A stretch of 64,000 nt of DNA, taken from assembly GCF_006345805.1 (NCBI RefSeq), contig NC_042999.1, positions 95,914,001 through 95,978,000 on the forward strand. Direction: 5' to 3'. Positions 1 through 12,314 of this stretch are shown here, piece by piece. Within the stretch, counting starts at the first letter, position 1. Each line of letters opens with the position of its first letter. Source of the stretch: Octopus sinensis. Lineage: Eukaryota. A model generated the notes under the pieces. The model did not search any database. It was not told the DNA's origin and saw only the letters and a list, made by a program, of their open reading frames with translations. Made by a program: the position numbers and the translations under genes.

Positions 1-25
1 TGATGATGATGGTACTTGTATGTTT

Positions 26-82
<57 letters not shown>

Positions 83-894
83 ATATATAGGAAGGGAGGA
101 AGACAGGCACATAGGAAGGTAAAAAGGTCTATATGTTTGTCTTTCAGTCTTACTTTCTTTTAAAAGACAATATTGGCTAGTGTATAGAAATAATTCATTT
201 CAAGTTTAGTCTTTACAAATTCCATGGATTTCTAAAGATTGCTTTGATATTGATTACAGTTTAAACTGACCTTTAAAGGTCACTGCCTATCAGAGAAAAT
301 ATAACATAAACTGACCTTTAAAACATATTGTTTAGTAATCATGTTGCTAGTAATAATGACTTGGATAACAGTTTCAATAAGACAAACTTTCCTTTTGTAT
401 AAGATCCTAGTCTATAACAAATTATCTTTCTGCAGAAGATAAACAGAACCAAATACAGTTGGATAGTGTGGAATTCTTGAAGTATTGTTATATTTGAATA
501 TAAAAATTTTTTTAAATGAGTACTGAAATCTACTACAGAGCAGAATACAGAGAAAATGCATTTGATATTTTGCTTTCAGTAAGCTGTAGTAATAAAATAA
601 AGGAATTTAATATGAATATTAACAGAAAGCAATAGCAAAACTACCAAGCTGCAGAAACTCAGAATGCAGTGAAGGATGGATATGTTATTCAAATCAGCTA
701 ATGTGACTATCTAAAAGTTCATGTCTCTTCATGTTTTGAGGTATTAAATGTTTCATGATCACATCTTTAAATACAATTTTCTAGTATTCTTATTGAAATA
801 ATTAGCAGGAGTACTGAACCAAGTGGGCATAACTTTTTCATTAAATGGATCTATGTCATTCATATTGCACATGATTGTAAGGTAATTCTTCCTC

Positions 895-1870
895 TATACA
901 AAGGAAATACTCAATGTACTCTATATCACAAGTGATGCATTTATGCTGCTTTTGAACCCTACTCTCAAATCTTCTCTGGAAAAAATAAAGGGGTACAAAG
1001 TCACACCTATGCTTTACTTAGTTCTTCACAGCTACTTTCACTAATCTGTTTCATCAAATTGTTGCTGCCAAAAACGGCCCTTCATTTGTTGGACTGAACA
1101 GGTGAAAAATCTGAGGGATCCAGATTGTACAGTAGATGGGTGACTACTAACCTATTTGTTAATTGTTTGATTTGTATGGTTGTGTGTGGTCATGCATTGT
1201 CATTGTAAACATGGATTGTTTCTGATTATTGTTCAGTCTCTTCCTCCTAATAACGTCTCTAAACTTTTTGAGTTTCAATGTACCACTGGCTGTTCACAGA
1301 AGTATGACATTCTAGAATACCAAGGAGAATGATCCACCCTCACAAAGAATCACCTTGATTTACTACTTACTCTTGAACTTTTTAAGCTTTGGAGAAGAGC
1401 TGTGACATCATTCCATGGACTGAACCTTCATAATGATATGCCCAAGTTTCATCTTTGGTAAAAAAATGTCTTCAGTTTCAAATGCTTCCAGCAGATCAGA
1501 GCAGACTTCAATCCATCCTTCATTCAAAGCAAGTATCAACTGTTGTGGTACTCAAAATTTTCCACCATCTTCTGTTATGTGTTATGACCATAGTCCAGAT
1601 GTACAACAAGCTCATAGACTGTGATTCATCTGTCCACATGGATTAATTCAACCACTTGTTAGCAGTTCACATCACTAGTGATTTGTCTTCAATATTGTTT
1701 TCCACTTCTTTAAACTTCTTCATCTATCTGTATACATTGGTTTTATCAATGGTATTATCTCTACATATGACCTGTAGCATTCTATAAAAGTTGGACAGTC
1801 TAGTCCTTCCTTCATCAAGAACTCAATGACAACTCATTATTTTTTAGAAGCCATTATTTACCTTCAATAA
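895..1870 (-). mobile_element. Decayed mariner (DD34D-type) transposase relic
   Basis: Manual minus-strand translation across stops and frameshifts gives: VVIEFLMKEG (N-terminal HTH), TKDETWAYHYE (first D), QSME*CHSSSPKLKKFK, NDNA*PHT (second D), YNLD-PSDF (YSPDLAPSDF-like) and HKCITCDIEYIE (C-terminus). TIRs not recognisable. Confidence 0.85.
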
Positions 1871-2034
1871 ACAAGATCAAGAAGGAAAATTACTATAATG
1901 GAAGAGTTTCTCCAATACATGCAATTTAAATTACCTATGTCAGTTAATAAATATGTTATTCTTGTTTTCAAATGGCTTTTGGTACAATCTTTATGAACAT
2001 CCAGGATGTGATAGCTTGAAAGGGCTTCTCTAGC

Positions 2035-2172
2035 ACTCTGGTTGGTATTCATAACAGCTGAGTGAATTTGAGCAAGATGGAATGAAGTGCCTTGCTCAAG
2101 GACAAAATGTGTTACCACCCTGTTCAAGAATTGAATCCACAATCATATGCACATGAGCCAAACTCCCTAATT
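2035..2172 (-). mobile_element. Degraded tRNA-headed SINE, 5' part
   Basis: Contains cagctgagtgaatttgagca..gaagtgccttgctcaagga..gaattgaatcc, the reverse complement of the SINE head/core seen intact at 36939 and 48530. Confidence 0.7.
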
Positions 2173-2811
2173 ATGAAGCTTCTCACTTTTACAGAGTGGG
2201 GATAATATATCTGATTAAAATTGTTTAAAGGTGGTGCTCCAGCATCACTACAGTTCAATGACTGAAACCAGTAAAAGAATGAAAGAGTATGCTGCCTTTA
2301 CTTTATATTTTCAACTGGCAATTAGATAATGAAATTACAATTCTGTTGGGTATTTGATTCTGCAGTATCAAAGCTTAGAAGATACTTTATGCTTCTACAT
2401 ATGAAGATATTGGCAAGAGAACTATTATTCACGTGTCTCTTGCAGCAGCATATAGTTCCCTATGCCTTAACATAGGCACATACAAATTGCTAGTTCTGTT
2501 GATAGACTTAAATTCCTCATAATTTCTACAAGTAGCTTGTAAATGCATCTACCAAAACTGAAGAAAGTATTCACAATTAAGGATGAAAGCTGCTGATTTT
2601 ATTCAATAAATGAAGGCTGGCACAGATCATATTGCTAAAATCCTGTGGAGCATCTGAATATGAAAAGCTTGTTGAACAAGTACAAATATGTACAGAGAAA
2701 CCTCTAAACTAAATGCTTGCTTATTCTATTTGGTCAATTCTGGATCAAATTTACCTAGTCTATTGAGAACTTAAGCAGTTGTCATGTGTTATTAAAAGCA
2801 GAGTTGTTTTG

Positions 2812-2864
<53 letters not shown>

Positions 2865-3055
2865 CAACAATTGAGGGTAAAATTAATTAATTATTAATCA
2901 ATTTCACCAAGTATTCAGTATGCAAAGGGACCATTTAAGGCGAATTCAAAGTAATTTATTTTACTAAGCCCTTTTATATAATATATATATATATTATATA
3001 TATATATATAATGCTCTCTATACAATAGAATAGGTACTAAGCAATCAATCAGCAT

Positions 3056-3116
<61 letters not shown>

Positions 3117-4669
3117 TCATTCATGATGCACATGTGTTGAATGTATCAATCTTATACCTACAATCCTTAATCCATGTGGTGCTTTATATTGTCTGTGATA
3201 TTGCCCTTAATTTAAATTTACAGTAAATGCTGGCTTTTTGTGTTCTGACAGTAACACCTGCAACAATCCTAGTTCAGTCTTTGTCCTTGGACAACAATGG
3301 TTATGGAGAAGGGAAACTTGCCCAATCCTGTGCTTTGGAAAGAAAGTTTCCAGCTGTTGATCCATAGTCTCACAAGACATACAGAGGCCCTGGTTATATT
3401 CTTTTGGTATTTTTACTAATCCAGTACTTTAGCCATTAGTTCATGGATTCATACATTATCATAGTTTAATTACTCATATTACTTGGGAATATTTTGTAAA
3501 CCAAAAATTTATAAGAGATGGACTACCTGGATATATTTCACAAGAACATTTCCCCCACTTGCCTCAGCTATTTAAACTTAATAAAATAGTCTTATCTATG
3601 ATGATAACACATACACATAAACATATGTACTCTCATGATAGTATTGATATATTCATTTAATAATGTAAAAATATGTGATGCTGTGTATGTCTACTTTATA
3701 CAGCATATAAACATAGATATGAATGTAAAGTTTTGTAAGGAGTATTTGCATTTCCACTGTATATTCTGTATAATGTTATTCAATAACCTTTTACATTTTT
3801 TTCATAGTATTCAGTAAAGAGCTTCATATGTTTATAATAAAAAAAAGATTGTGTCTCTATAAACACATATATATTAATATAGACTAATGTATCTTTAAAC
3901 TCTTGACTTGATACACACATTTTCGAATATGCTATTTTTTCTGTAACTGCATGTATATTTAATGTGCACCTTTAGCACATAGTCTGTCAGAGATAATGGC
4001 ATTGATCTATGATGATTGATATATAAGAATATTTCTATATCAATAGAGAGTTTTTTTTTTGTTCTTTTTTTTTTTTGAAAAAGAAAATAGAAAATCTATT
4101 TTATTCCCCAGCTGACACATTAGCGCCTACTCTTTTTTTCTCTTCTTTTCCTTTCTGTGTGAGTTTAATCAAAATAGTGTTTAGCAAGTCACAGACTTTG
4201 ATTATTGGTAGAGAGACCTTGCCAGTTTGGGCTTTCAACATTATGTGAAAGATACGTCAAAGTGTCTATTTTAATATCAGCAGATCACAACTTAATAGCA
4301 TTGCTAATGGCAGAGCAGATAGAGGTACAAAAGCTTAGAATTACCATTAGTGTTTTCAAATATTCATACTACTGCACCCATCACAACCATGGTTAAAATA
4401 TAGAACAGCAATTTCAGTGGCAGTAATAAAAACAACCAGTCTATATCTTGCTTATTCTACTAGAAATAGTAGCCAAATCATCTTCAAATTATAGCCTACT
4501 ATCATTATGACACATTAAATAATGTAGTGGTAGATACCTGTAAAAAAATGATATGGTCATGGCTTGAATACTTTTCATCATAAGTCTGCTTGATAAAGAA
4601 CTAATGAACAATAATCACCTCATTATTCACTATAATGTATTTGTCCATCTTTCTTTAATATTGGTTTCT

Positions 4670-5080
4670 AATTTTGACACAAGGCTAGCAATTTTCGAGG
4701 AGGGCTAAGTCAATTGCATCATCCCAGTGTTCAACTGGTACTTTTTTTGTTAATCCCAAAAGAATAAAAAGCAGACTCGACCTTGGTGAAATTTGAACTC
4801 AGATCGTAAAAGCAAATGAAATACTGCTAAGCACTTCACCTGGCATGCTAACAATTCTGCCAACACATCACCTTTGGTTTCAAGTTTTGGCACAAGGCCA
4901 GCAATTTTAGGGGAGGAGTATGTCAATTACATTGACCCTATTTATTGACTTATTTTATCAACCCCAAAAGGATGAAAGGTAAAGTTAACTTCTGCAGAAT
5001 TTGAACTCAGAATATAGACAGATGAAATACTATTAAGCATTCTGCCTGGCATACTAACGATTTTGCCAGCTCACTACCTT
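4670..5080 (-). mobile_element. Tandem dimer of a ~200-bp SINE
   Basis: Two consecutive related copies (cacaagg..agcaatttt..actggtact..ccccaaaaggatgaaagg..cgaccttgg..gaatttgaactcag..ctgccagctc), reverse-complementary to the copy at 32312-32515. Confidence 0.8.
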
Positions 5081-7199
5081 TAATTTTTCTTTACTATTGT
5101 AGTGTATTTTGTCAGATTATTTAAGAGGTTTGGTTTTATTAATTCATACCCAATTTTTATTAACTTAAATAACAACTAACTTGCATTGTTATATATTGTT
5201 ATACACATAAACACTTTTGAATGTTTTTGTAAGAAACTTACATCCTAAGTTACCTGCTTTATCCACTTCTCTCTTCTGGATTTGCTTGAAAATTATAATA
5301 TAGAGCTAAACAACAACTCACTTAAAACTACCTATTATTTAGCACTTTTCAACACTTATTCTATGCTGCTCTCACTAAGCCCTTTAAAAAGCATTCTTAA
5401 TGATTACTCATTGTGGAACTCTCTTATAACTGCTTTCCAATCAAATTATGAAAACTTGCCTTCAGTCTGTATTAATTAACCATCTTATCAGTTTGACAGA
5501 TGTAATGATATTATACAAACTGTTAATTCTCAGATGCAGTGTTTGTATGTGACAGAGGAAGTAGCTCAACATTGGGCAGCTGGTTATTTTATTGTATCCC
5601 TCAGTAAAATTTTGTTTATCAAACTAAGAGTTTTTAGAAGATGTGTTCAAGGATATGTTAAAGAAGGAGTAGCTGTATGTATGTGTATAGGTATAAGAAG
5701 GTCTAAATAGTTAACCTGTTCATTTGGCAACTATGAGATTCTGGGTTCTATCCCGCATGAGCATAACTTTTACATAGCCATGAATTAAGCCAAGCCTAGT
5801 GAGTAAAACTGGGTAGACAGAAACTGCGTAGAATCCCATCAGTCAGATTCTACATGTAATTGAAAGGTTTAACCTCATCACATATTGTGACAAATTCTAA
5901 TTCTGCTTGAGAATTACATATGGGTATCAGTGCTTGTAGAATTCTCCTCTACGTACACTATAAATCAATGAGTCAGTAGTTCAGTTCATCAATATATTGT
6001 CAAAACTGACATATACTTTTTCATGTGTGTGTGTGATATGGGCATCATCTCCAACTGTATCAGAAACATTCATATCCAAAGTTAACTAACACATTGCAAA
6101 AAGCTAGTGGCTGTTTAAGCCTCTAATTATTTCAAAGGTGCAAGTTTAATTTTTAAAGTTTTCTATTTCTCTACAAGAAATCCAGAAGAATTTCAAAAGA
6201 CTACAGATATAGCTCTTTCTCCACAGACTTTATCAAATATTAAGATTAAATTTTTCTGATATGTGTGTAGTCACTGTATGATATAATGACAACAATTGAA
6301 GTTTGTAACAACTCATTAAGTTAATTTAAAGTGAAATGTATAATGTATTTTTTTATGCTACTCAAAGGTGTAGCATAGCTGTTGATACAGAAGATCTGTA
6401 ACAAAATAGGTTGAAAATGACTCATTGGATATACAATGTTAACTCTCATAAAAAACAAAATAAAAAGAATCTGGGAGAGTGGCTGAACATCAGAAATATT
6501 TGTAAATATGTACAGAAGAGAATATGTATGAGAAAAAGAATGCTAATTATTGTTATGTGCTGATAGTGGCAAAGACAAATGAAAGTTATCAAGATTATTG
6601 AAGTTTTGAGGTAAAAATAGCATTGGATTGAGAAGTATCATTATTTTTCTTATATATTTTTTCTATGTCAGCATTGAAAGATGATGACAACAACGATGAT
6701 GATGATGATAGATGGGTGAATGGATGGTTTAAAAGAGCTAGAAAGATGTTCACCCATTTCTATGAATATTTGTGTTCATCTTTAAAGTAAAAGATATGTT
6801 ATTTTCTTGACAGAGTATTATTAGTGTGTAGTGAATGACTAAATATCCACTAAAATTGACGTTGTTGTGTTGCCCTTGATCAGACTGATCAAGTAAAACT
6901 ATAGAAAGCTAGATAGTCAGCCAAATGACTATTTGTGTTCTAGAGAACTTTAGATGGTTGGTGGCTAGCATGGTGAAACCATATAAAATGACTGTTCAGA
7001 AGGCTGGATTAATACATATAATGTGCCATTTGGAAAAGAGAGAGACCCAACCGAGTAGAATGTTTGAGAGATGATTTATTGATAGGCTAACTTGTGTCTG
7101 TGTGTGTGTCATGTATACAGAATAATAGACAGGCCATCATGAGAACAAAGTGTATGTGTGTATAGACATGAATGCATGTGTGTGCTACATATAAGAAAA

Positions 7200-8100
7200 T
7201 CAATGAAGGGGAAAGTCAAGGAGTCTATAATGAGAAGTTAGACAAATGTTCATAGACACAAGAATGAGAAATGCCAGTTCGTAGTTAATTGTACACGGTA
7301 ATAGAAATACTGTATCAAGAAGTTGTGGAGATGATGCAGAGCCTGAGCTATGGTACTTGTCATATGAAGTTGTGGCTGTAATGCTGCTGCCTGGGTCACT
7401 TGTTACAGAAGTTCTCACGGGTTGTATTTGCTGTTAACCATGGTGAAGTAATTCCCGAACAATGCTATGTTAGAACCTGTGCAGTGTTGCTGATTGAGCT
7501 GTATATATATAGAGATATTGTTGACATCATTAAGAAGAAGATAATAGCAATGTAGAAAGAGATTGTGGTAATGCTGTTGGATGGGTGTTGTTGTCTGGCT
7601 CACAGGTTGTATCTTTGCTGTTGAACTATGGTGAAGTAATTCACAAACAGTGCTGTGTTGAAACCTGGACGTTTTGCAGTTGGACAGGTGCTGTCATCTG
7701 GTGTTGTCACTGGAACTGGCTGTGTCTTGTGTGGTCAGTGGCTAGACTTTAAAAGGTCTGGAACCAAAGACCTTGAGATGAGGAGAAGGTATTTTTTTAT
7801 AATGAACAGTAGGTTCAATGGGGTTGAGAAAAGGCTGTCTCATGTGATCTTATTTAGGGGCTCCGATTGGTTATATGCTGCATATTGGTGTGACGGAGTA
7901 AGAGACAAATTGCACCAATACCAACCAATCAGAGTAGTGGACACAACGGGGTCCAAATAGCGACCAAAGGCTAGCTGTTATCTGCTATGTTTGAATGCTT
8001 GTATATATAATAAAGGGGAGAAGAATTTCACTCAAGTGTATGCTACAGAACCATAACTCTGGATATGCCATGTTAGCAATTAGTTGAAGGCCATATTAAA
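7200..8100. repeat. Unclassified GC-elevated element with internal ~65-bp direct repeat
   Basis: cac(g/a)ggttgtat..tgctgtt..aac(c/t)atggtgaagtaatt..aa.cctg occurs at ~7417-7478 and ~7601-7667. No domain motif recognised. Confidence 0.4.
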
Positions 8101-9469
8101 CAGTCTAACAAACAGTAATTGTATCTGGACATGTACTTTCTTCACTTGATAAAATTTTAATTTGTGTATATGTGAATATAAATACAAGCAAACAAATATA
8201 TGTTTGTATGTATTCATTTTGCTGAACAAATAATATAAGGAGGTATTAGTGAAAACTCACTGCAATGAAGCACTAATATATGTATTATTTACACATATGT
8301 GATGAGTTGTTAGAAAATATGAATGACTTAAGGCTACCTAATCATGAATGTCACCACCACCATCATTTTATGTTCATTATATGATGACACTAATAATATA
8401 TTTGTGTCTTTATTAGCATGCATACATATGGTAATAAGTCTGTATTCAACAAATGTGTATTGATTTCTCAGTTCAGGAACTGAAAAGTTTTACACCAAAT
8501 ATGATATACTGTCCAAACACTTCATGTTCAGTTTCGTAGAGCTATGAAATCTATGCCAGTGAAAGGGCAAAAGGTACAAAAATCCTTTCAAAACGTTATA
8601 AAGAAAACTTGTATTGTTGTCCTCTTAAGCCAACGTTCATTCAGTGAAGAAACTAATCAATTTGTCAGCTGTAAACAAATGTACTGAGAAATATGAAAAG
8701 TAAGAATGTATCTGGATATCTACTGTTATATGCTTGTTTTCTTTTGTGAAGAATACATGTATACACATTCACTCACATTACATGCACACACACACACACA
8801 AATACATGCATCTATGTGTACAGGATATCAAATACACAAACAAGGGAAATACATAAACAAGAAGAAAAAATTGAAAACAAGACAAGTAAACACAGAGAAA
8901 GAACCTTTCATCAGTTGTTGGCTGCCTATCTGCTCCTCATTTCGAGCATTCAACAACAATATGTGTCTTCAAAGACAGCTGTTCCCATAAATTCTAAAAT
9001 AAAATTTGAGATTTATGGAAGGATAAAGTTGGGAACAAAAAAATTACAGTGGAGGCATACAAGGAAACCGAATGAAAACAAACATGGTGGGGGTCATTAG
9101 ACCAGACCTGCATGGACGTTTAAAAGACCAAACGTGTTTTTCTCTCTTTCTTCTATCTTTCCTCTTTTCAAAAAAAGTGTTTCTCCCAATGTTCACTATT
9201 TTCCTCTCATTCTGGTCTAACGACATATACAACAGTGTGCAGTCATTGAAGTCAAGACACATGTAGGTCCCAAAAAGATGCTGTAAATAAGTGTTAAATA
9301 AAATTATAGACCTGAAGAATCTATTCTTCTTATCATATTAGTATTAATACTACATATCTCTCAACTTCTATTCACTTTTGATATCAAAAGTTTATCCCTC
9401 CATCTGTTTAACTCTTTCTCCTTCCCTTCTGGCCCCGCTCAACTTCTTTTCATTTTTGATATCAAAAGT

Positions 9470-10790
9470 TTATATGTGGTGATCTCACACAAGGAAGGAC
9501 ATTTTGTGCTTAAACACTTCTTAAACCTTTGGCCTGACCCTCAACTTCACACCTCCACATTGCTTTGGCTGGCCAAACTTGTTCTTTCTCTGAATTGATA
9601 CTCGTTCATGGGGGAGTTTTACCAACTGGTCTCAGGAGTGGCCATGGGAATGAGAATGGGCACCTACCATGCAAACCTGTTTGTTGGCTATGTTGAGATC
9701 CAACTAGTCTCACAATTCATTGGTCCTACCCCCAAACTATACAGTCATTATATGGATGATTGTATCAGTGCATCCTCACTTTCCCATGAACAATTGGATT
9801 CCAATCCTTCCATCCGGCCCTTGAATTCTCCTGCACTATCTCTAACTTTTCCATCAAATTTCTCAACATTTCTATTATCATACACCACTTTTCTCTCACT
9901 ACCTTCATCCACTACAAACACACTAACTCACATTCTTACCTTAAATTCTCCTCCTTCCACCCTACCCACACCAAGTTCTCCATCTCCTACTCCAAATTCC
10001 TCCATCTATGCAGGTTCTGCAGTGATGACAATGACTTTGAGACTCAGTCTCAATTCATGGCTTGACACTTCCTCCTATGTGGATATCCCCTTGCCATTAT
10101 TCACACTGCTCTTGCCTGAACATGATCTGTGGACACTGCCTCTGCTCTTTCTCCTTGAACCCACCCCACCCTTACCCATCTCTTGTTTCCCCTCACCTAC
10201 TACCTTTCCACCCTACCCCTCCAATACACCATTCTCTAAGCCTTGTGGTGACTCGAGTCCAACCCCTCTACCTTACATATCCTCCCTAACCAACCTCTTC
10301 CCTCCTTCAAATGAGCCCATAACCTGCGTGACCTCCTGGTCTTCAGTTTCTCCCCTACCCCTACCTCTCAGCCTGGCTCCTTCCCCTACTCTCACCCACA
10401 CTATCACACCTGTCCCTACCTCTCCAACACCACCATCCTCACAGGCACCCATCACCATCCCTATCATGTCACCAATTACCTGCACCTCTAGTAATGTTAT
10501 TTACTGCATCTCCTGCTCTCTCTGTCCTTCCCTGTACATTGGTCAAATGGGATACCACTTGGCTGCCCAGTTCAGGGAGTAACTCTGAGACATCAGACTC
10601 AGCAATGACAACCCTGTCTTGTGCCAGTTCCTTTCTACCAGTCATTTGCTACAACATCTGTCTGTGTTCAGACTGTCTCTGCACAGGGACCACCTAGACT
10701 ACTGCCTTTGCTGTGAACGGGTATTCTCTCTTCATTCTTTTGTGCCACATGGGCTCAACTCACCTCTTCTCTTCATCTGACACCAATCTC
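9470..10790 (+). mobile_element. Penelope-like retroelement relic (RT + GIY-YIG endonuclease), 5'-truncated and frameshifted
   Basis: ORF 9608-10582 starts GEFYQLVSGVAMGMRMGTYHANLFVGYVE..LYSHYMDD (PLE RT motifs). An alternate frame gives HYKHTNSHSYLKFSSFHP..SISYSKFLHLCRFCS. The end reads ITCTSSNVIYCISCSLCPSLYIGQ (GIY-YIG). Confidence 0.92.
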
Positions 10791-10799
10791 ACCTCTCTC

Positions 10800-11460
10800 T
10801 TCATTTGACACCAACCCCACACAGATTATCCCTCACCTCCTATATTCAACTGCTCCCCTTTCCACCTACACTCCTGCATACTACCCACCTCAGTACCCTC
10901 ACCCACACACACACCACCACACAGACACCCATATACACTGTTCAACTTCTCCCCCACTTGACATACCATTACTCACACACCCACAACACCTTCCCACTCC
11001 ACACACACTAGCACCAATCACTTCTCAGCACCCACACCACACGCCATCATCCACACACCAACACACAATCTTCAATAGCTCACTACACATACCACTATAT
11101 GAGCAGACACACACACACTGTTTAACTCAGTACACACACACCATTATGCACACTCCCACATTCCCACAAGCACATAATACCTGAACACAGACAATATGTA
11201 CACACATTCAACATGCATAAACACATGCAACACATAGACAAAGATAACTATACATACATACACTATACACATGTACACTATATGGTCACAGAGACATACA
11301 TACACATGTGCACACACCATGTGAAAAAGCACACATCAACTACTACACACAATACACACACATTCATGCACATGTTACACAAACACATATGTAAAACTCA
11401 CTTTCCCCCATTCACATTTACTCACTCACACACCATTCTCACATACACACATGCTTGCGC
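10800..11460. repeat. C/A-rich low-complexity (CA)n-derived tract
   Basis: Degenerate cacac/cacca repeats; the ORFs here are H/T-rich artefacts. Confidence 0.85.
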
Positions 11461-11595
11461 ACCTCAGCTTGTTGGGATCACCATTATTATCTCCCTTTCA
11501 TTCTTCCTCTTTTTTTCCAATCATTTGCCATGTTAGACAGCAGAACCCTATACATTTTCCCCCCTTTCTCTATATTTATTTCCTCTTATTCCTTT

Positions 11596-11629
11596 CTGTT
11601 GAAGAGCATTGGCTCGAAACATAAAAGAC
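11596..11629 (+). ncRNA. Degenerate minimal hammerhead-like motif in the probable PLE terminal repeat
   Basis: CUGUUGAA-GAGC-AUUG-GCUC-GAAAC: perfect 4-bp stem II and GAAA. The core deviates from CUGANGA, and stems I and III are not convincing. Confidence 0.4.
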
Positions 11630-11851
11630 CTTTCCATTTTCCCAAGTGCCAAACTAATACACTTGCTTGTTGTTCCTACACCTGTCTTTGTCTTTTGTTT
11701 TCTATAAATTTGAACTTCATATATATATATATATATATATATTAGAGGGAAAAGGACAACAAAAGCCAAGGCACGATGAGCATCTCAAGTCACTTAGAAT
11801 ATTTAATGAGAGTAAGGTGAATGTGAGGTAATTAATTAATCAACTATTGGA

Positions 11852-11929
11852 TGTCCTATAGCTGTTTCTGGGATATCCCAAGTGATAGGTTAGCATCTCC
11901 ATACACTGGGTATTCCATCATCAGAGACA
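11852..11929 (-). ncRNA. Type I hammerhead ribozyme motif (left-arm copy)
   Basis: Reads UGUCU-CUGAUGA-UGGAAUACCCAG..UUGGGAUAUCCCA-GAAA-CAGCUA-UA-GGACA. Stem I, core and a long stem II are present; stem III carries one G>A change. Confidence 0.75.
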
Positions 11930-12242
11930 AGGTAAATATGTATGAAAATTCCAGACAAGGAATTCACAGTTTATACAGGAATAAAATGGTAGATAGAGAA
12001 ATAAAGAGTAAAACAGTACATGGAAGAATATGGAAGGAGATAAAACGGTAGATAGAAGAATAGACAGGAGAATAAATTTCACAGCTCATCTTCTTCCAAA
12101 CCCTCTGGAAGAAGATGAGCTGTGTACTTTATTCTCCTGTCTGTATTCTGTTATCAACTGTTTCACTCCTTATTTTTCTATCTACTATTTTATTTCTTTA
12201 TAAACTGAAATCCCTGACTAGAACTCTTATACATACTCACCT

Positions 12243-12314
12243 TGTCTCTGATGACGCAAAAACCCAGTGTATGGAGATGCTAACTTGGGATATCCCAGAA
12301 ACAGCTGTAAGACA
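12243..12314 (+). ncRNA. Type I hammerhead ribozyme motif (right-arm copy)
   Basis: Reads UGUCU-CUGAUGA-..-GAAA-CAGCUG-UA-AGACA. Perfect 5-bp stem I, palindromic stem III ACAGCUGU and a GUA cleavage triplet (cut after 12309). The base of stem II is mutated. Confidence 0.75.

Noticed and set aside
8900-8990. Minus-strand CUGAUGA and GCUCGAAA as a hammerhead
   Set aside because: The motifs are in an order and spacing that give no complementary stems I, II or III.
9355-9475. ~40-bp direct repeat at the PLE 5' junction as a TSD
   Set aside because: Both copies lie on the same side of the element, so this is a local tandem duplication.
9608-10582. 324-aa ORF as an intact Pro/Ser/Thr-rich protein
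   Set aside because: Only the ends are in the PLE frame; the middle is an out-of-frame reading of a frameshifted RT-thumb region.
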